Assembly (NCBI GenBank): GCA_964016885.1
Contig: OZ024741.1
Location: 152,148,001 to 152,212,000, forward strand
DNA: 64,000 nucleotides
DNA from: Eledone cirrhosa
Lineage: Eukaryota
Direction of reading: 5' to 3'
The notes beneath the pieces were generated by a model that was not told where the DNA came from, searched no databases, and saw only the letters and a list, made by a program, of their open reading frames with translations. Made by a program: the position numbers and the translations under genes. This document shows, one piece after another, positions 24,485 through 37,500 of the stretch; within the stretch, counting starts at the first letter, position 1, and each line of letters starts with the position of its first letter.

Positions 24485-24739
24485 TTCTGTCAGACGATTG
24501 AAATCTTTTATGCCACAAAATTTTTAAAAACAGGTTTTTCACCCCTGGGAGGGGCAAAGATGAGCTGACCCATTGCCTGACAGTTCAGACGGGGGGTCAA
24601 GCTACACAATAGTATCAAAATTAAAATTGAACTTACAAAATTTCCGCAATAAATTTAAACAAAACTTCTGCGCGAAGTGTATTACATCTACGCTGTAGAA
24701 CAGACGACAGCTAGTCAATTAAATAGATAGATAGATAGA

Positions 24740-26000
24740 GAAGCACCAACAGAAAAATAGAGAGCCGTCAGGTTTGTTGGAAAGTTTGAAGAAGGTAAAG
24801 GCAGGACAACACGTGAAGAAACATAGTGAGACAGTAAATAGAAAACTGGAGATGATGGAGAAGAAAAGAAAATGAAGGAGAACTTATTGTGTGAATGAGG
24901 GGCAAAGGTGGAAGTGAGAAAGGAAGGGTGAAAACGTAATAGGATACAAAAAATGTTTTAAAAGGAAAATAATGAAATGAATTTTGATATGAATAAAGCT
25001 AGAAATGGATAGAAAAATGAAGAACAGAAATAGTGAATGAATTAAATGTTGAAAGAGTAATACTGGAGAATGGAAGGAGGAATGGAAAAATGAAGAAATA
25101 AATAGATCAATGAAAGAAAAATAGAAAGAATGAAGAAGCGGATGAATGGAAACCAAAGGGAAAAGGGGATGGAAAGAATGAATAAGCAAAGAAAGAAAAA
25201 TTGAAGGAATTTAAAATTTATAAATTGCAGGAACGAAATATTATATAAATGGAGACAAAACAGGAAAAAATGGAAATGAAATAATGATGAATGAAAAAGT
25301 AAATGAATGAAGGAAAGAAGACATTTAAGAAAGGAGACATTTAAGAGAGAAACAAAAAAGTAAAATATAAACAAAAGGATGAGGAAGAAAATAATGAATA
25401 ATTGGTGAAAAGAGGAGATGAAGAAATTAATATATGAAGAAATCATGAAGGAATGAAAAAATTAAGGAGAGAAAACAAGACATGAAGGAATTAATAAGTT
25501 AAAAATTGAAAGAATGAAGGAACGAAAAGAAAAAATATAGAAAATAGTGTGTTTTTAGGTGGCTACAGCATTGCTAATAGGACATTACAAAATGAAAGTA
25601 ACAAAGTTGTAATGTTACCGTGAAGATGTTTAATTAGTCCTTAGTGTTTCGGAATAAAATCCACTTATCAAAAGAAGCGTTAGAGAAACTAAGTCGGAAA
25701 AAGAATGAAAGGTATAAAAGAATGCTGCAATGGAAGAATGGAGGAATGAATGAATGATGGAATGAGGGAACGATAGAATGATAGAATGAAGGACTGGAGG
25801 AATGGAGAAATGGGGGAATGGGGGTGATGGAATGGAGTAAAGGAAGAATGGAGAAATAGTACATTGAAGGAATCGGAAATGGAGGGATGAAAGAATGGAG
25901 GCATGAGGGAATGGGGGACAAAGGAATAGTGGGAATAACAGAGTGGAGGTATGGAGGAATTAAAGAACGAAGAAATGACAGAGCATTATAAAGTAATTTC
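24740..26000. repeat. Purine-rich (GAA/GAAT/GGAAT) low-complexity tract
   Basis: Strong A/G strand bias, degenerate GGAAT units. Confidence 0.8.
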
Positions 26001-26106
26001 ACGCTGTCAGAATTTAATGAAACCTTGGTAGGTGTGATATTTATAGGCGTAATAAGGTGATATTGTTGGATAATATGAATGCATGTATGTGTATATATAT
26101 ATATAC

Positions 26107-26154
26107 ATATTTCTTTATTTGCCCCAAGGGCGCATAAGAAAAGGGGACAATACA
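26107..26154 (-). mobile_element. ~45-bp Tx1 3'-terminal stub
   Basis: ttctttatttgccccaagggcgcataagaaaaggggacaa matches the 3' termini of copies 1-5. Confidence 0.75.
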
Positions 26155-26174
26155 GATAGATAGATAGATAGATA

Positions 26175-26555
26175 TATTTCTTTATTAGCCACAGGGGCAC
26201 AAAAGAAGGGGACAAATACAAAGGGGGAAGTTTACATACAATAAAAACGTGTAAAATGTTATCACAGATGGAATTTAAAAGTTAGTCGATTTTCCCCAAT
26301 AGAGGGAGACAGTTTATATGGGTAACACAGACCCCCGAAAAAAATGTGCAACCCTCATCTCCAGGAGTACGAAGAGCTTGTACTCCTTTCCTCTCCTCCT
26401 TCTTTTCCTCAACCTACAGGCTGATATAGAGAGAAGGCCCATTCACTCGGGCCATTCTCGCCACTTTCACCCACCTTTCATAAAACTTGCTGGGGTACAG
26501 CACCTCTCTCTCCATCCTGATTCTTCTTCCAAAGTGGTATTTGAAAAAAAGAATC

Positions 26556-26557
<2 letters not shown>
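26175..26557 (-). mobile_element. 5'-truncated Tx1 copy (copy 2/5 family) inside a GATA tract
   Basis: Matches 7208-7592 and 58485-58867. (GATA)n at 26154-26174 and 26556-26624. Confidence 0.93.
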
Positions 26558-26625
<68 letters not shown>

Positions 26626-26675
26626 AGAGAGAGAGAGGGGGGCAGACAGACAGACAAATACAACTTTATATCTAA

Positions 26676-27294
26676 CTAGCAGTGGTACCCGGCGTTGCAC
26701 GGGATAAGGTATTTTGGAACGCAGGCCGCCAACAGACCTAATCCTGGAAAAACTGCATGCCTGGACAATATGTAAAAAGAATAAACCGAATACTCTGATC
26801 GCTGGATAATCTTTAAGATTTTCCTCGATGAAGCAGGAAAAATGCAGGTTTTCACCTAATGCGGGCCCTAGAGGATCAAGAAATGAATTTTTTATGTGCA
26901 TAATATGCCTTGAAATTTCGGGAAAATCGGCTAGACATAACGCCTCAAAAAAGCCCTAAAAAGCTGAAAAAATGAAGTTTTTCACCTAATGCGGGCCCTA
27001 GGCCATAAAAAAAGTAGGATTTTCTTTGCTCACGGTATGAAGAAGAGACTGACTAATACATAGTTACAATTTCAAGGAAATCGGTCTGATGTAACGCCTC
27101 AAAAAAAAAACCTAAAAAGCTAAAAAAAACGCAGTTTTTCACCTAATGCGGGCCCTAGGAGATCAACACTCCCTGAAACATAAGTAATACACATGTAAAG
27201 TTTGAAAAAAATTGGTTGGGTACTTTTCGAGTTTTAGGGATTCAAACTCACAGACACACACACACAGAGACATCCTCAGTTTTATATATATAGA
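26676..27294 (-). mobile_element. Non-autonomous Helitron-like element
   Basis: Minus strand starts TC(TATATATATAAA) after an A and ends in hairpin CCCGtgcaacgcCGGG + CTAG before a T. Internal ttttcacctaatgcgggccctag occurs 3 times. A related element lies at 31635-32300. Confidence 0.7.
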
Positions 27295-27378
27295 TATATC
27301 TAAACAATTTAATAATCTAGTTTCTCTCTCCCTCTCTCCTTCTCTCTTTCCCTCTCTCAGACTCACACATACACACAT

Positions 27379-27439
<61 letters not shown>

Positions 27440-28171
27440 GAGCGTGTGTGTGTGTCTTTGGTTCTCTGTCTTTCTCTTGCTGTCGTCTCTCTTACTCTCT
27501 ATCAATCAATTTCTCATTCTTTCTCCCTCATTCCATTCCCATCTTCTCTCTCTCTCACTCTCTATGCTGGCTTATATTTTCATTTATACAACCCTGTCCA
27601 TTTTATAATGTTTCAGTTCCTGCCAAATTCCCATTACCTCTTCTACATTAACTCAATTCTTTACATCTCTGTGACAGTTCTTCAACTGATCGACAATGGT
27701 GCTTCCACAAATGCTAAATGTCCTTCATCGTATATTCTTCTTCTTCTTCTTCTTCTTCTTCTTCTTCTTCTTCTTCTCTCCTCCTCCTCTTCCTACTGGC
27801 TTTTCCCCTCTTTGTTTTTCTTTTGTGCCTGTATTTTGTGCTATTTTTTCTTTTATCGTTTTATTGAATAAAAGATTTTTTTCTTCTACACCAAATTTTC
27901 TGAATCACTCAGTTTTCTTCTATATAATAAATATTAACCTTCAGATCAAAGCCATTGTTGTTCTTGTTATTACTGTTGTTGTTGCCATCGCTGTTGTTGT
28001 TGTTCTTATTGTGCTTCTTGTTGATGTTGTTGTTGTTGTTATAGATGTTGTAACCAATATAAGTACACTTCATATGGCATCATAACCCATAGTCTAGGAT
28101 GAGGGGAAGCATTCTTGTCTTTTCTCTTATTAGGATGCTGCCATGCTGTTTCTATCAGTTCTTATTTTGTG

Positions 28172-28474
28172 TCAAGGACTTTCTAGATAATTCTTGCTGA
28201 TCTAATTAAACAACTTTTTCTGCATCACATCCACTCCCGAATTGAAGACAAACCTTCCAAGATTTCATTTCAAGTTGTTTGTTACATTTCCCAAAGCTCT
28301 GATGACAATTGGCATAACTTACCAGCTTCTCTTATTCCAGCGATTCATATTTCAAGTCATCATAATTTTCTTCCTCATTTAAAACAAAACTCTGGTATAA
28401 AATGGCCACGCTACATCCATTACCAGGCACACTTTCTTCTTATTAACAACTACAATATCCAGCTTGTTATGTCG
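28172..28474 (-). pseudogene. Degenerate restriction-like endonuclease C-terminus of an R4/Dong-type non-LTR element
   Basis: Hand translation gives RHNKLDIVVVNKKKVCLVMDVAWP..NYDDLKYE..VMPIVIRALG..SARII*KVLD, resembling the RPDIV..DVA.P..KY.DL..PIVIGALG motif. Confidence 0.55.
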
Positions 28475-28771
28475 TATTTTCCTATCGGTTTGTCTCACAA
28501 CAGTCGCACTTCCTTCATTTTATGAGAACAGAATCAGCGTAGAGCTTTTCTGTGCGTACAAAATCAAATCTCTTGCAACATCAACGGCAATAACAAAAAC
28601 AACAACAACAAACCAAATGAAAAAATTAATAACACCAACAACACATCAGCAAAATCGTTTTTCGGACATCGCGAGTATATATTTTTTTTAAATCCTGGAA
28701 AATCACTGGAAAACAAAGACTCCGAATTGGCTCAAGCCAAAAAGATCATAAAATTTGAAAGCTACAGTAAT

Positions 28772-28810
28772 GGTTAGGGTTAGGGTTAGGGTTAGAGACG
28801 AGGGTTAGGG
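28772..28810 (+). repeat. Short interstitial (TTAGGG)n
   Basis: ggttagggttagggttagggttag...agggttaggg. Confidence 0.85.
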
Positions 28811-29169
28811 GTGGTAAACCGTCTGCCACAAAAACAAAACGAAAAAAAGAAAAATCTTCGTCTTCGCCCACAAAAAAAAGGGCGAAAGAAAAAGATTTTA
28901 AAAAAGCTGTGACGCAACTAATGTCAACACCCACACAAATCTCACCATCCACACCACCACCACCGGCATCAACGCCGCAGCAGATACTACAGATGCCAAC
29001 AACAACCCAAGCACAATAAAAACCACATCAGCAACAACAACAAACCAAATTTCAACATAAAAGAAACAAATCACACAGCCATATGCACAAACAACGAGAA
29101 ACTAATGTACTACATAAAATACACCAGGATTACAAAAAATGCCTCCAAAATTCATAAACAGTTACACTT

Positions 29170-30562
29170 CCTTTCCGGCGTACAAAGCCTAAAGAATCCG
29201 GATTGGTGAATTAAGTTGGCGTTGACTAGGGAAATCGTCAACAACAAATGTTGGTTTGCCGAGCGATTAGAGTAGAATCGATAAAGTTTAGTAAAGAAGT
29301 AACGCTAGAGAAAACTAGACTAGAAGGGGAGATAATTAGAAATCTAGAAGAGGCGTTTAGAAAAGGCAACTCAACAGACGTGCTTGCAGTGAAATTGGCT
29401 CGACTAATTCTTCAATTGAAAGCACTAAAGCTGTGTTTGTTAGAGCCTGGGCGCGTGATTTTAGATATGTGAAGGTAAAAGCCATTCGATGTGCCTGAGT
29501 AGTGGAGACGCAGTGTGGCAACAAAGCCACAATCTGGTCTTTGGCGAACCCATCGTGTGTATGTTATTCGATCCCAAACAGATATGTGCGGATTTTTGGC
29601 AAAAATTCGCTCATCCGTTCGGGAGCAGTGGTGGGCCGGATCGTGAGATGAACATCAGTGCCTACCTCGTCAGCATATCACAGCTCTCGGCGACAGAGGC
29701 GAAGTGTTGGGAAACTAATAATAACGACTGAAATACGGGAAGTGATCACTAACAGCATAAGGGGTATGTCACCTGGTTTAGATGGTCTTAATCATGAGCT
29801 TTACGCTTACATTCCAGACTTGTTTGGTGACCTCTTGGCAGATGCCTACTGCTACTAGCAGCAGAACCGGAGAATTTCCAGTTCTATGAGTTGAAGAGAG
29901 GTGACACTATTGGAGAAAAAAAACAAAGCAAGAAGCAATTTTAAGCCCATCGTGAAATTATGTCGAACAGCTGTTATCACATGTAGGACGGATCCGGCTT
30001 TCAACAGAGTCCATAGTGTAGATCACTCCGCCGTTTTCTTTTTGCCGGGAAGAGCAGGCAGTTTTCCTCTATCTGGTAGTAACGAAAGAGGTTGTGTAAT
30101 GGACTAGGTTGAAAGGACTGAAGACAGACACTTTTCTCTTCGGCCAATCCCTCGTCAATCTTTTCAAGTTTCACTCGGAAAGGAAGGTGAAGGTGGAGAG
30201 ACAAGTGCTGCTACCCAGTACATTTGCTAAAAGGTTGGTGAATGTGGCGAACGCGATCCGTGTGAATGGACCTACTCTGAGCATGCGCATGTAGGCTGGT
30301 TGATTTGGGGAGGAGATGAGTACCCTTCCCGGGTGCTCTCGAAGTGTCAGGTGGTTCAGGATTGGTGGGGTATCTGAGTCGCCCCTGAGTGGTTCTACCC
30401 TTCCCCCCAATTTTCATTGTTCTATTTCTTTTGTTAATTTTTATTGTTTATATATATATTTTTACTCGATGATTTTTGTAAAAGCCCCCCCCCCCTGTCC
30501 TAGTCTGTAATATTGTCATCTATATGCAGGCCCTTGTGGTCAATAAGAAACCATTTATTATT
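29170..30562 (+). mobile_element. Old, internally deleted Tx1-like LINE related to copies 1-5, opposite strand
   Basis: RAIRVESIKFSKE, SPGLDGLNHELY..PDLFGDLL and LKGLKTDTFL..RVNGPTLS. The 3' end cccttgtggtcaataagaaacc is followed by atttattatta. Confidence 0.8.
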
Positions 30563-31472
30563 ACACTACCCTCCCTACCAAAAGTTGACCAGAAAATCTT
30601 AAAACCCCTTCCTCCAACCAAAGCCAGTGGTGACAGTGAAGGTATATGGGGGATAAAATGATCGACAGTAGTAACAACAGCAAACAGACCTAATTACATG
30701 TCCGTGAGGGGTCGGAGAATCCGTTTTGTTTTCTGTTGATATTTTTATTAAGATAGGATTTATGCTTCGGTTTGTTTGTTTCTTTGGATGCTCTCCTAGC
30801 TGCTCGCTTCAGAATTCAATTCATTTCTTCAATGTATTTTTAATATATAAATATTAATGTGTGTGTATGCGGTGGGGGGGGGGGTCATATTAGTGGAGAA
30901 CAGAGGACGTTGTAGTGGTGGACAGAAGTTAGTGGTCATTATTGTGGTGAACAGTGGGTGTTGGAGTCGTAAATAAATGTATTATATTTAGATCGTTGTG
31001 ATGTGAAACTCTAGAATTTACGTTCAACATAAAACACACACAAAACATCCAAAACTGGCTTATTTTTCCCAACAACGAGTACAAGAATTTCATGGGTAAA
31101 AAAGGACGCGTCTGAACAGTCTCTAAAAATACTAGAAATAGCCATCAAATATCCCTCAAATTATCAACCTTTAATGAGACACACATTTTCAACGGTAGAC
31201 TTGCACAAAGATAACAGAATTAGTGTTAAACAATAACAAGAAGAAGCTGAAATGAACGGCATTACAAGTTAAAAGACATTTGTAATATGTAATCTAGGAA
31301 TAGAATTTACTCATATTTTGTGCCTTCGTAAGGATTACAGGATTATATCCAAAGTTGTTTATGTCTATTCTCATTACTGTAATGAGGAAATATCTACATC
31401 TCATTTATATCTCTCTCTATCTCCCTCTCTCTCTTTCTCTCGCCCTCTCTCTCTCACTATATACATACATAA

Positions 31473-31546
<74 letters not shown>

Positions 31547-31634
31547 ATTTATGTATGTATATAGTGAGAGAGAGAGAGAGAGAGAGGGGGGAGAGCGACT
31601 TTGCTTAAACTTTAAACTGTTATTTTAATATATG

Positions 31635-31921
31635 CTAGCAGAATGGCCCGGCGTTACTCGGGATTTGCACTAAGGTTCTTATATATTTGATATATATTTA
31701 TCCTTATCGAGCCTCGTGAAATAAATACGTTTGTTTATATTTTGTTATTGTGTATGCAAAAATTTCTGTACACGAATATATAATTATATATATATATATA
31801 TATATATATTAAAATAACAGATTAAAGTTTAAGCAAAGAATCGCTGCTTCCAACCTTAACGTGGTCTTCTGAAACTAAAAAAATCAATCTGTTACACACT
31901 ATATATATGTATATACACACA

Positions 31922-31976
<55 letters not shown>

Positions 31977-32300
31977 GATAGCTTCATAATGTCGTAATGC
32001 AGACACCCAGACATACAGACAGATATTATAAGGGCGCGACGTTGTAGCTGTGTATCTATCTAATTAGAGGCAGACTAAGAATTATAGAGAGAGATCGCTT
32101 TTTCGCCTAATGCGGTCCCTAGGGCATTGAAAATTTGCTCAAAATTGCTCAAATTTGCTCAAAAATTTGCTCAAAAATTTGCTCAAAACACTCAAACGAC
32201 CATAAATATTACGTGTAAAGTTTGAAAACAATCGGTTGGGTGGTTCTCGAGTTTTAGTGAGTCAGACAGGCAGACAGATATTCTCTGTTTTAGATATATA
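31635..32300 (-). mobile_element. Non-autonomous Helitron-like element (related to 26676-27294)
   Basis: Hairpin + CTAG end at 31635-31663. Shares cctaatgcgg.ccctagg and gtaaagtttgaaaa..tggttggg with 26676-27294. Confidence 0.6.
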
Positions 32301-32319
32301 TATATATAATTATATATTA

Positions 32320-32780
<461 letters not shown>

Positions 32781-34194
32781 GAAAGATTGTCTGCTCAACC
32801 GTTCAGCTTAAGCTTTTACCGTTTCAATTGCAAAGGAAAAAGTAAATCTAATTTTACTCAGCATTTTTTTTTCAAAAAGAATCCTTTCCGAGGCGTAGTT
32901 ATAGTTTGATTGACAAATATGGGAACCTATCAATCAGAAGGGGGACTGTGTGATGAGACGGTGGAGAAAAATAAAGGGAAGAGTGATTCAAAGAAATAAA
33001 ATAAGGCTCTGAGCTGGCCAGCCGCAGGTGTGAGCCTCACGAGTTGGAATGGCTCTTCCAGCGCATCCCCCTTACCAATCTCCGGGGAAACGCTTTCTCC
33101 ATTCTGTCCGCCGCGGCTGTGGGGAGGCCAGCACTTGGGACCCATTCGCTCACCATACGGTGAGATGGGGAGGGCCAGAGAGTTGGAGGCGATGTCAGTG
33201 GGAGTTCGACTGACTGATCTTTGTAGCATTCATTTGCCGTTGCCACATTATATCCTATCCTTACCCCTACTTGTATCACTAACAGTGAAAAGGGATAAAA
33301 AGGGAAACGAAAAGGAAAAATATAGAGAAGGGTTTATAGAAAGATGTGAAAATGCATACTTTTGGAAATTAGTGCTATTGATGTTAGTTATTGTCGTTAT
33401 CTCGTGTTTTATCCATTTCTATTTTCTACGACCTAGTTCCTCAGCCATAAATGTGGGGGTGGTCATTTAATAATGTATATTAGTTTTTAGTCGGGAGACA
33501 TCGTGTTTATTAGATTAACGTTGGCTATGGGTCAAAATTCAATAAATCATCCTGTTGATGTGTGTGTTATTAATGTTCTTTGTGTGGGTGAGTTGTATGT
33601 GTGTTGTGTGGATGTCGAGCAGTCTATTGGTATTCTTGTTATATCTATTATTATGTAGGCCTTATTCTACAGGCAACGTTTTTTTTTTATAATGTAGGTG
33701 CAAAAGTTTTACTGAATGGGAGTGGAACTTCGTATTATATGTTCGGTTGCCTGAGTGTGTGTGTATGTAAAACCTCTATCTGTCGTAGAGATAATTTGGT
33801 TGGCCATTGGAAAGTATTATAGTGTTGATGGTGTCTGTACACCTATCATAGTGTATACCTAATTGTACGTGGAGGGCTTTAGCAGGGTAAGTGCAGTACT
33901 TGTGTGTTATTTGCGTATCTAATGTGTACATTGGTTGATGAGAGATACTTTGGCCTTGCTATATTAGTCGAAATATATAAGTTAGAGTAAAATGTATGGA
34001 TAGTGTCTTAGCATTATGATTGTTCTTGTGCATGAAGCCTTCACTAGCTCGCTGTACGTGCAGTTAGATGTATGCTGTCTGCTAGTTTGTATCTACCAGT
34101 ATGTGTTGCTGTATGGGTCGTATAGGGGTTAGTTGTGTATGCGCATTTAGTAATAGATAACAGTCGTACCCTCCAGGATCGTGCAAGGCCTTGA

Positions 34195-34500
34195 GATTGA
34201 GATACATTTTGTGTATCCAGTGTTTACATGATGTAACAAATTGACTCTTTCCGTTGAGTATTTGTTCCTTAGCGAATAATATGTTTATGGTCAAAGGTTA
34301 CTTGGAAGGCATTCCCCACTGTATGGCTTTTCCATAGTCAAGATACTCCATTGCAACTTAAAAAATGTATTTTCCATTCAGGTCCCATATGTGGCTCGAG
34401 AGTGTCGTTGCGTTTCTCTGAGCCTGGTTTCTGGAATTTATTTTATTCCAATGAGTGGTGACTTTTAGAAGACTGGTTCTGTTTCCTTCGCCAGAGTATC
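34195..34500 (-). pseudogene. Penelope-like (Neptune-type) GIY-YIG C-terminal remnant
   Basis: Hand translation gives RNATTLSSHIWDL..KLQWSIL..KPYS..ILNGKSQFVTSCKH, resembling the T.LS.YIW.L / W.I / LN.R.E....C.H pattern of such elements. Confidence 0.55.
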
Positions 34501-34504
34501 CATA

Positions 34505-34549
<45 letters not shown>

Positions 34550-34553
<4 letters not shown>

Positions 34554-37500
34554 CGGTTGTCTATTCAACATAGAGCTTGACCACCTCAGTGTACATGGAG
34601 CCCAGTTCTGGCATGAGAACCTCTGTGGCTTTTTAGACGAGGCATACTTTTAAAATGTTGACCACATAAATTACACCTTGTACTCGGAGTAGCTTCAACT
34701 GATTTAGTTGTCTCATCTTGATGACCCCTGAAATGTCTCTTTAGACGTCGTTTAGATTTGCATATTTTGTGACGTATGTAGCATTGATAAATGTGAATTG
34801 GTTGGTATATTCTGAAGTCAGTAGAAAGTGTCCTAGTGTGTGTTCTCATGTGAGATTGACGTTCAGCCTCTGACAGGCAGATTTTTGCCACAAACTGTAC
34901 ATGTATAAAAATCCCATTAATTTCGTATACGCTTACTGGTTGTTTTATCCTTATATTCCTCTTAATATTTACTTGCATTAATCTATTTTGCTCAAACGTT
35001 TTCACACCGTCCCATATTTTTGAGCGCCAGGTAGAGCGATCCACTGCAAGTCTTTCCAGGTTTTTTTGGATTGATTCATACATTTTTCAAGTTCTCCCTC
35101 AATGCATCCCTGAACCTCTTCTTTGGCTTGCTCCGTTTCCTTTTTCCCTGGGAAAGTTCTCCATAAAATAGTTGCTTGGGGATATGTTCGTCGACCATAC
35201 GGACAATATGTCCAGACCACCGCAGTTGGTTTTTCAAAATTATTGCCTGGATTGAACAAATACCAGATGCAGCTAAAACATCAGAGTCAGGAGGGAATGT
35301 ATTCTATTTTATTTTTAGAATATGACGTAAGCATATTTGGTGGAATTGTTCCAGGAGTCTGATGTGATATTTGTAACATGTCCAAGTTTCAGACATGTAC
35401 AGGCGGGAGGATAACACAAAAGCTCTATAAACAGACATTTTTGTTTCGATCTTGATATGTCTTTGTGATCAGACCCGAGACTCTAAATTACCAAAAGAAT
35501 TTGCTGCCTTTTGAATCCTTAGAGATATTTCTGGATCCAACGTTCCATCTTTACTTGCTGTGCTTCCAAGATATATGAAGAATTCAACAACCTTAAGAAG
35601 TATAACCCTAACATATATTTTCGGTTGCTGCACAACTTGACCAAGTGCAGCTTGACATAAAACTACCGTTTTCTTTAAGTTTATGGTCAAACCAAATATA
35701 TCACATGCCGAATCAAATGTAGAGATCGACTGTTACAAACCATGCTCAGTTCGACTGACAAGGTCACAGTCATCAACATACAATGGATCTCTTATTAGTG
35801 AGGTGAACACTTTAGTCTTAAATTTCATTTGTGCTAAATTGAAGACATTTCCTGTTGTTCGATATCTTACATATACCTCTTCATTGTTGTTCTGGAAAGC
35901 GTGAGAGAACATGGCAGCAAAATATATCGCAAAAAGAGTAGGTGCATCAAGGTCTCCCTGTTTCACACCATTTTCCACTGCAAAAGGCTCAGAGAATGTG
36001 CCTCCAAAGTTAACTCTGGCTTTCATGTCTTTGTGGAGATATTTCAATAAATTCACAAACTTTTCAGGGCATCCAAATTTTGACAGAACCAACCACAGGA
36101 CATTCCTATTAACCGTATCGAACGCCTTACTTAAATAGACAAAACAGTGATAGAGGGCAAGGTTCTGTGCAATACATTTTTCTTGCAGTAGTCTGACTGT
36201 GAAGATCATATCAGTAGTGTCTCTTTTCACATTGTGACTCTGATACGAATCTTGGCACTATGAACTTATTGAGCCGTTCCAAAATGACACGTGTCAGAAC
36301 CTTACCGACAACAGACAATAGGGAAATGCCCCTAAAATTACCACATTGGTCTTTGGAACCAGATTTGAAAAGGGTGACCAGTAGAGCATCAACCCAGTCT
36401 TGTGATACTTCCTTCTTCCTCCAGCTATGGAGTATTACAGTGTGTAAAAGTTCTACCATTTTCTCCCCTCGTGCTAGAGAACCTCCGGATTAATACCATC
36501 CAGGCCAGGAGATTTATTGTTGTTTAATTTCTGTATAGCAGAAGTAATTTCATTTATATTTGGTTCTGATGCCATTTCATTTATTCAATAATGTTTATGT
36601 TGATACTAGAGGGTATATTAAGAAGTTCAGAGAAGTGTTCTACCTAGCGGTTCTGAATGGAAACAATATCAGTCAAGAGTGACTGACCATCAGTAGTTCT
36701 TACAGGTGCTATTCAGGAGGATTGTGAACCATACACTTCTTTAATGGAGGAGAAACATGCCTTTGTGTCCTTGCGATCTATTGCTTCTTGTGCTTGTTTG
36801 GCTTTGTTGTGCCACCACTGATGCTTAATATTTCTCAGAGCATTTTGCACTTTTCTTTTTAGTCACTTATAAGAGTTATTATAATTAGGATTGATTGATT
36901 GAAAAAGAAGTTTTTGACAAAGATTTTGTTTGTCCCTAAGTAAATCAGATATTTCAGGGTCGCTATCTGTAAACCAGTCATTAGACCTCCTTAATCTCAC
37001 ACCCACTGATGCAGATGCTGCTTGGAATACTTTTGTCTTAAAATCCTCCCAAAGGTTGCTCAGGTCAAGTGTGCCATTATCCAATGCACTGTGGACAGCA
37101 TCGAAAGACTTAGAATTTGCCACATTAAGTTTATTTGGTACTTTAGTTCCAGAGTGTCTAGTTTTTGGTGTTATAGTTAAATTGAGTTTGGCCCTGACTA
37201 GTCGATGATCAGTCCCGCACTCTGCTCCTCTCATTGAGCGCACAGTTTTGCATCACATTTTTTAACTAAGATATAATCAATGAGGTGTCATTCCTTAGAT
37301 CTTGGGTGCATCCAAGTTGTTTTAAACTTATCCTTCTGCTGAAAGAAAGTGCTTGTTATTGCAAGTTGATGTTCAGTACAAAAAGTGAGGAGTGAAACAG
37401 CATTTCGGTTACACTTTCCCATACTGTGCTTATCCAAGGCCGGCCATATCATGAGATCAGATCCGACCCTTGAGTTGAAATCACCCATAATTACCAGCTT

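Larger units (their letters stand above)
18896..24722 (-). mobile_element. Tx1-clade LINE copy 4, probably with the most complete 5' end
   Basis: ORF2 in three pieces (21575-22549, 20186-21574, 19113-20360), ORF1 22583-24484. GATA tracts at 18841-18895 and 24723-24740. Confidence 0.93.

Noticed and set aside
33385-33450. Hammerhead (minus-strand CTGAGGA) downstream of the Neptune-like remnant
   Set aside because: No convincing stem II, or GAAA with stem III and stem I; too degenerate.
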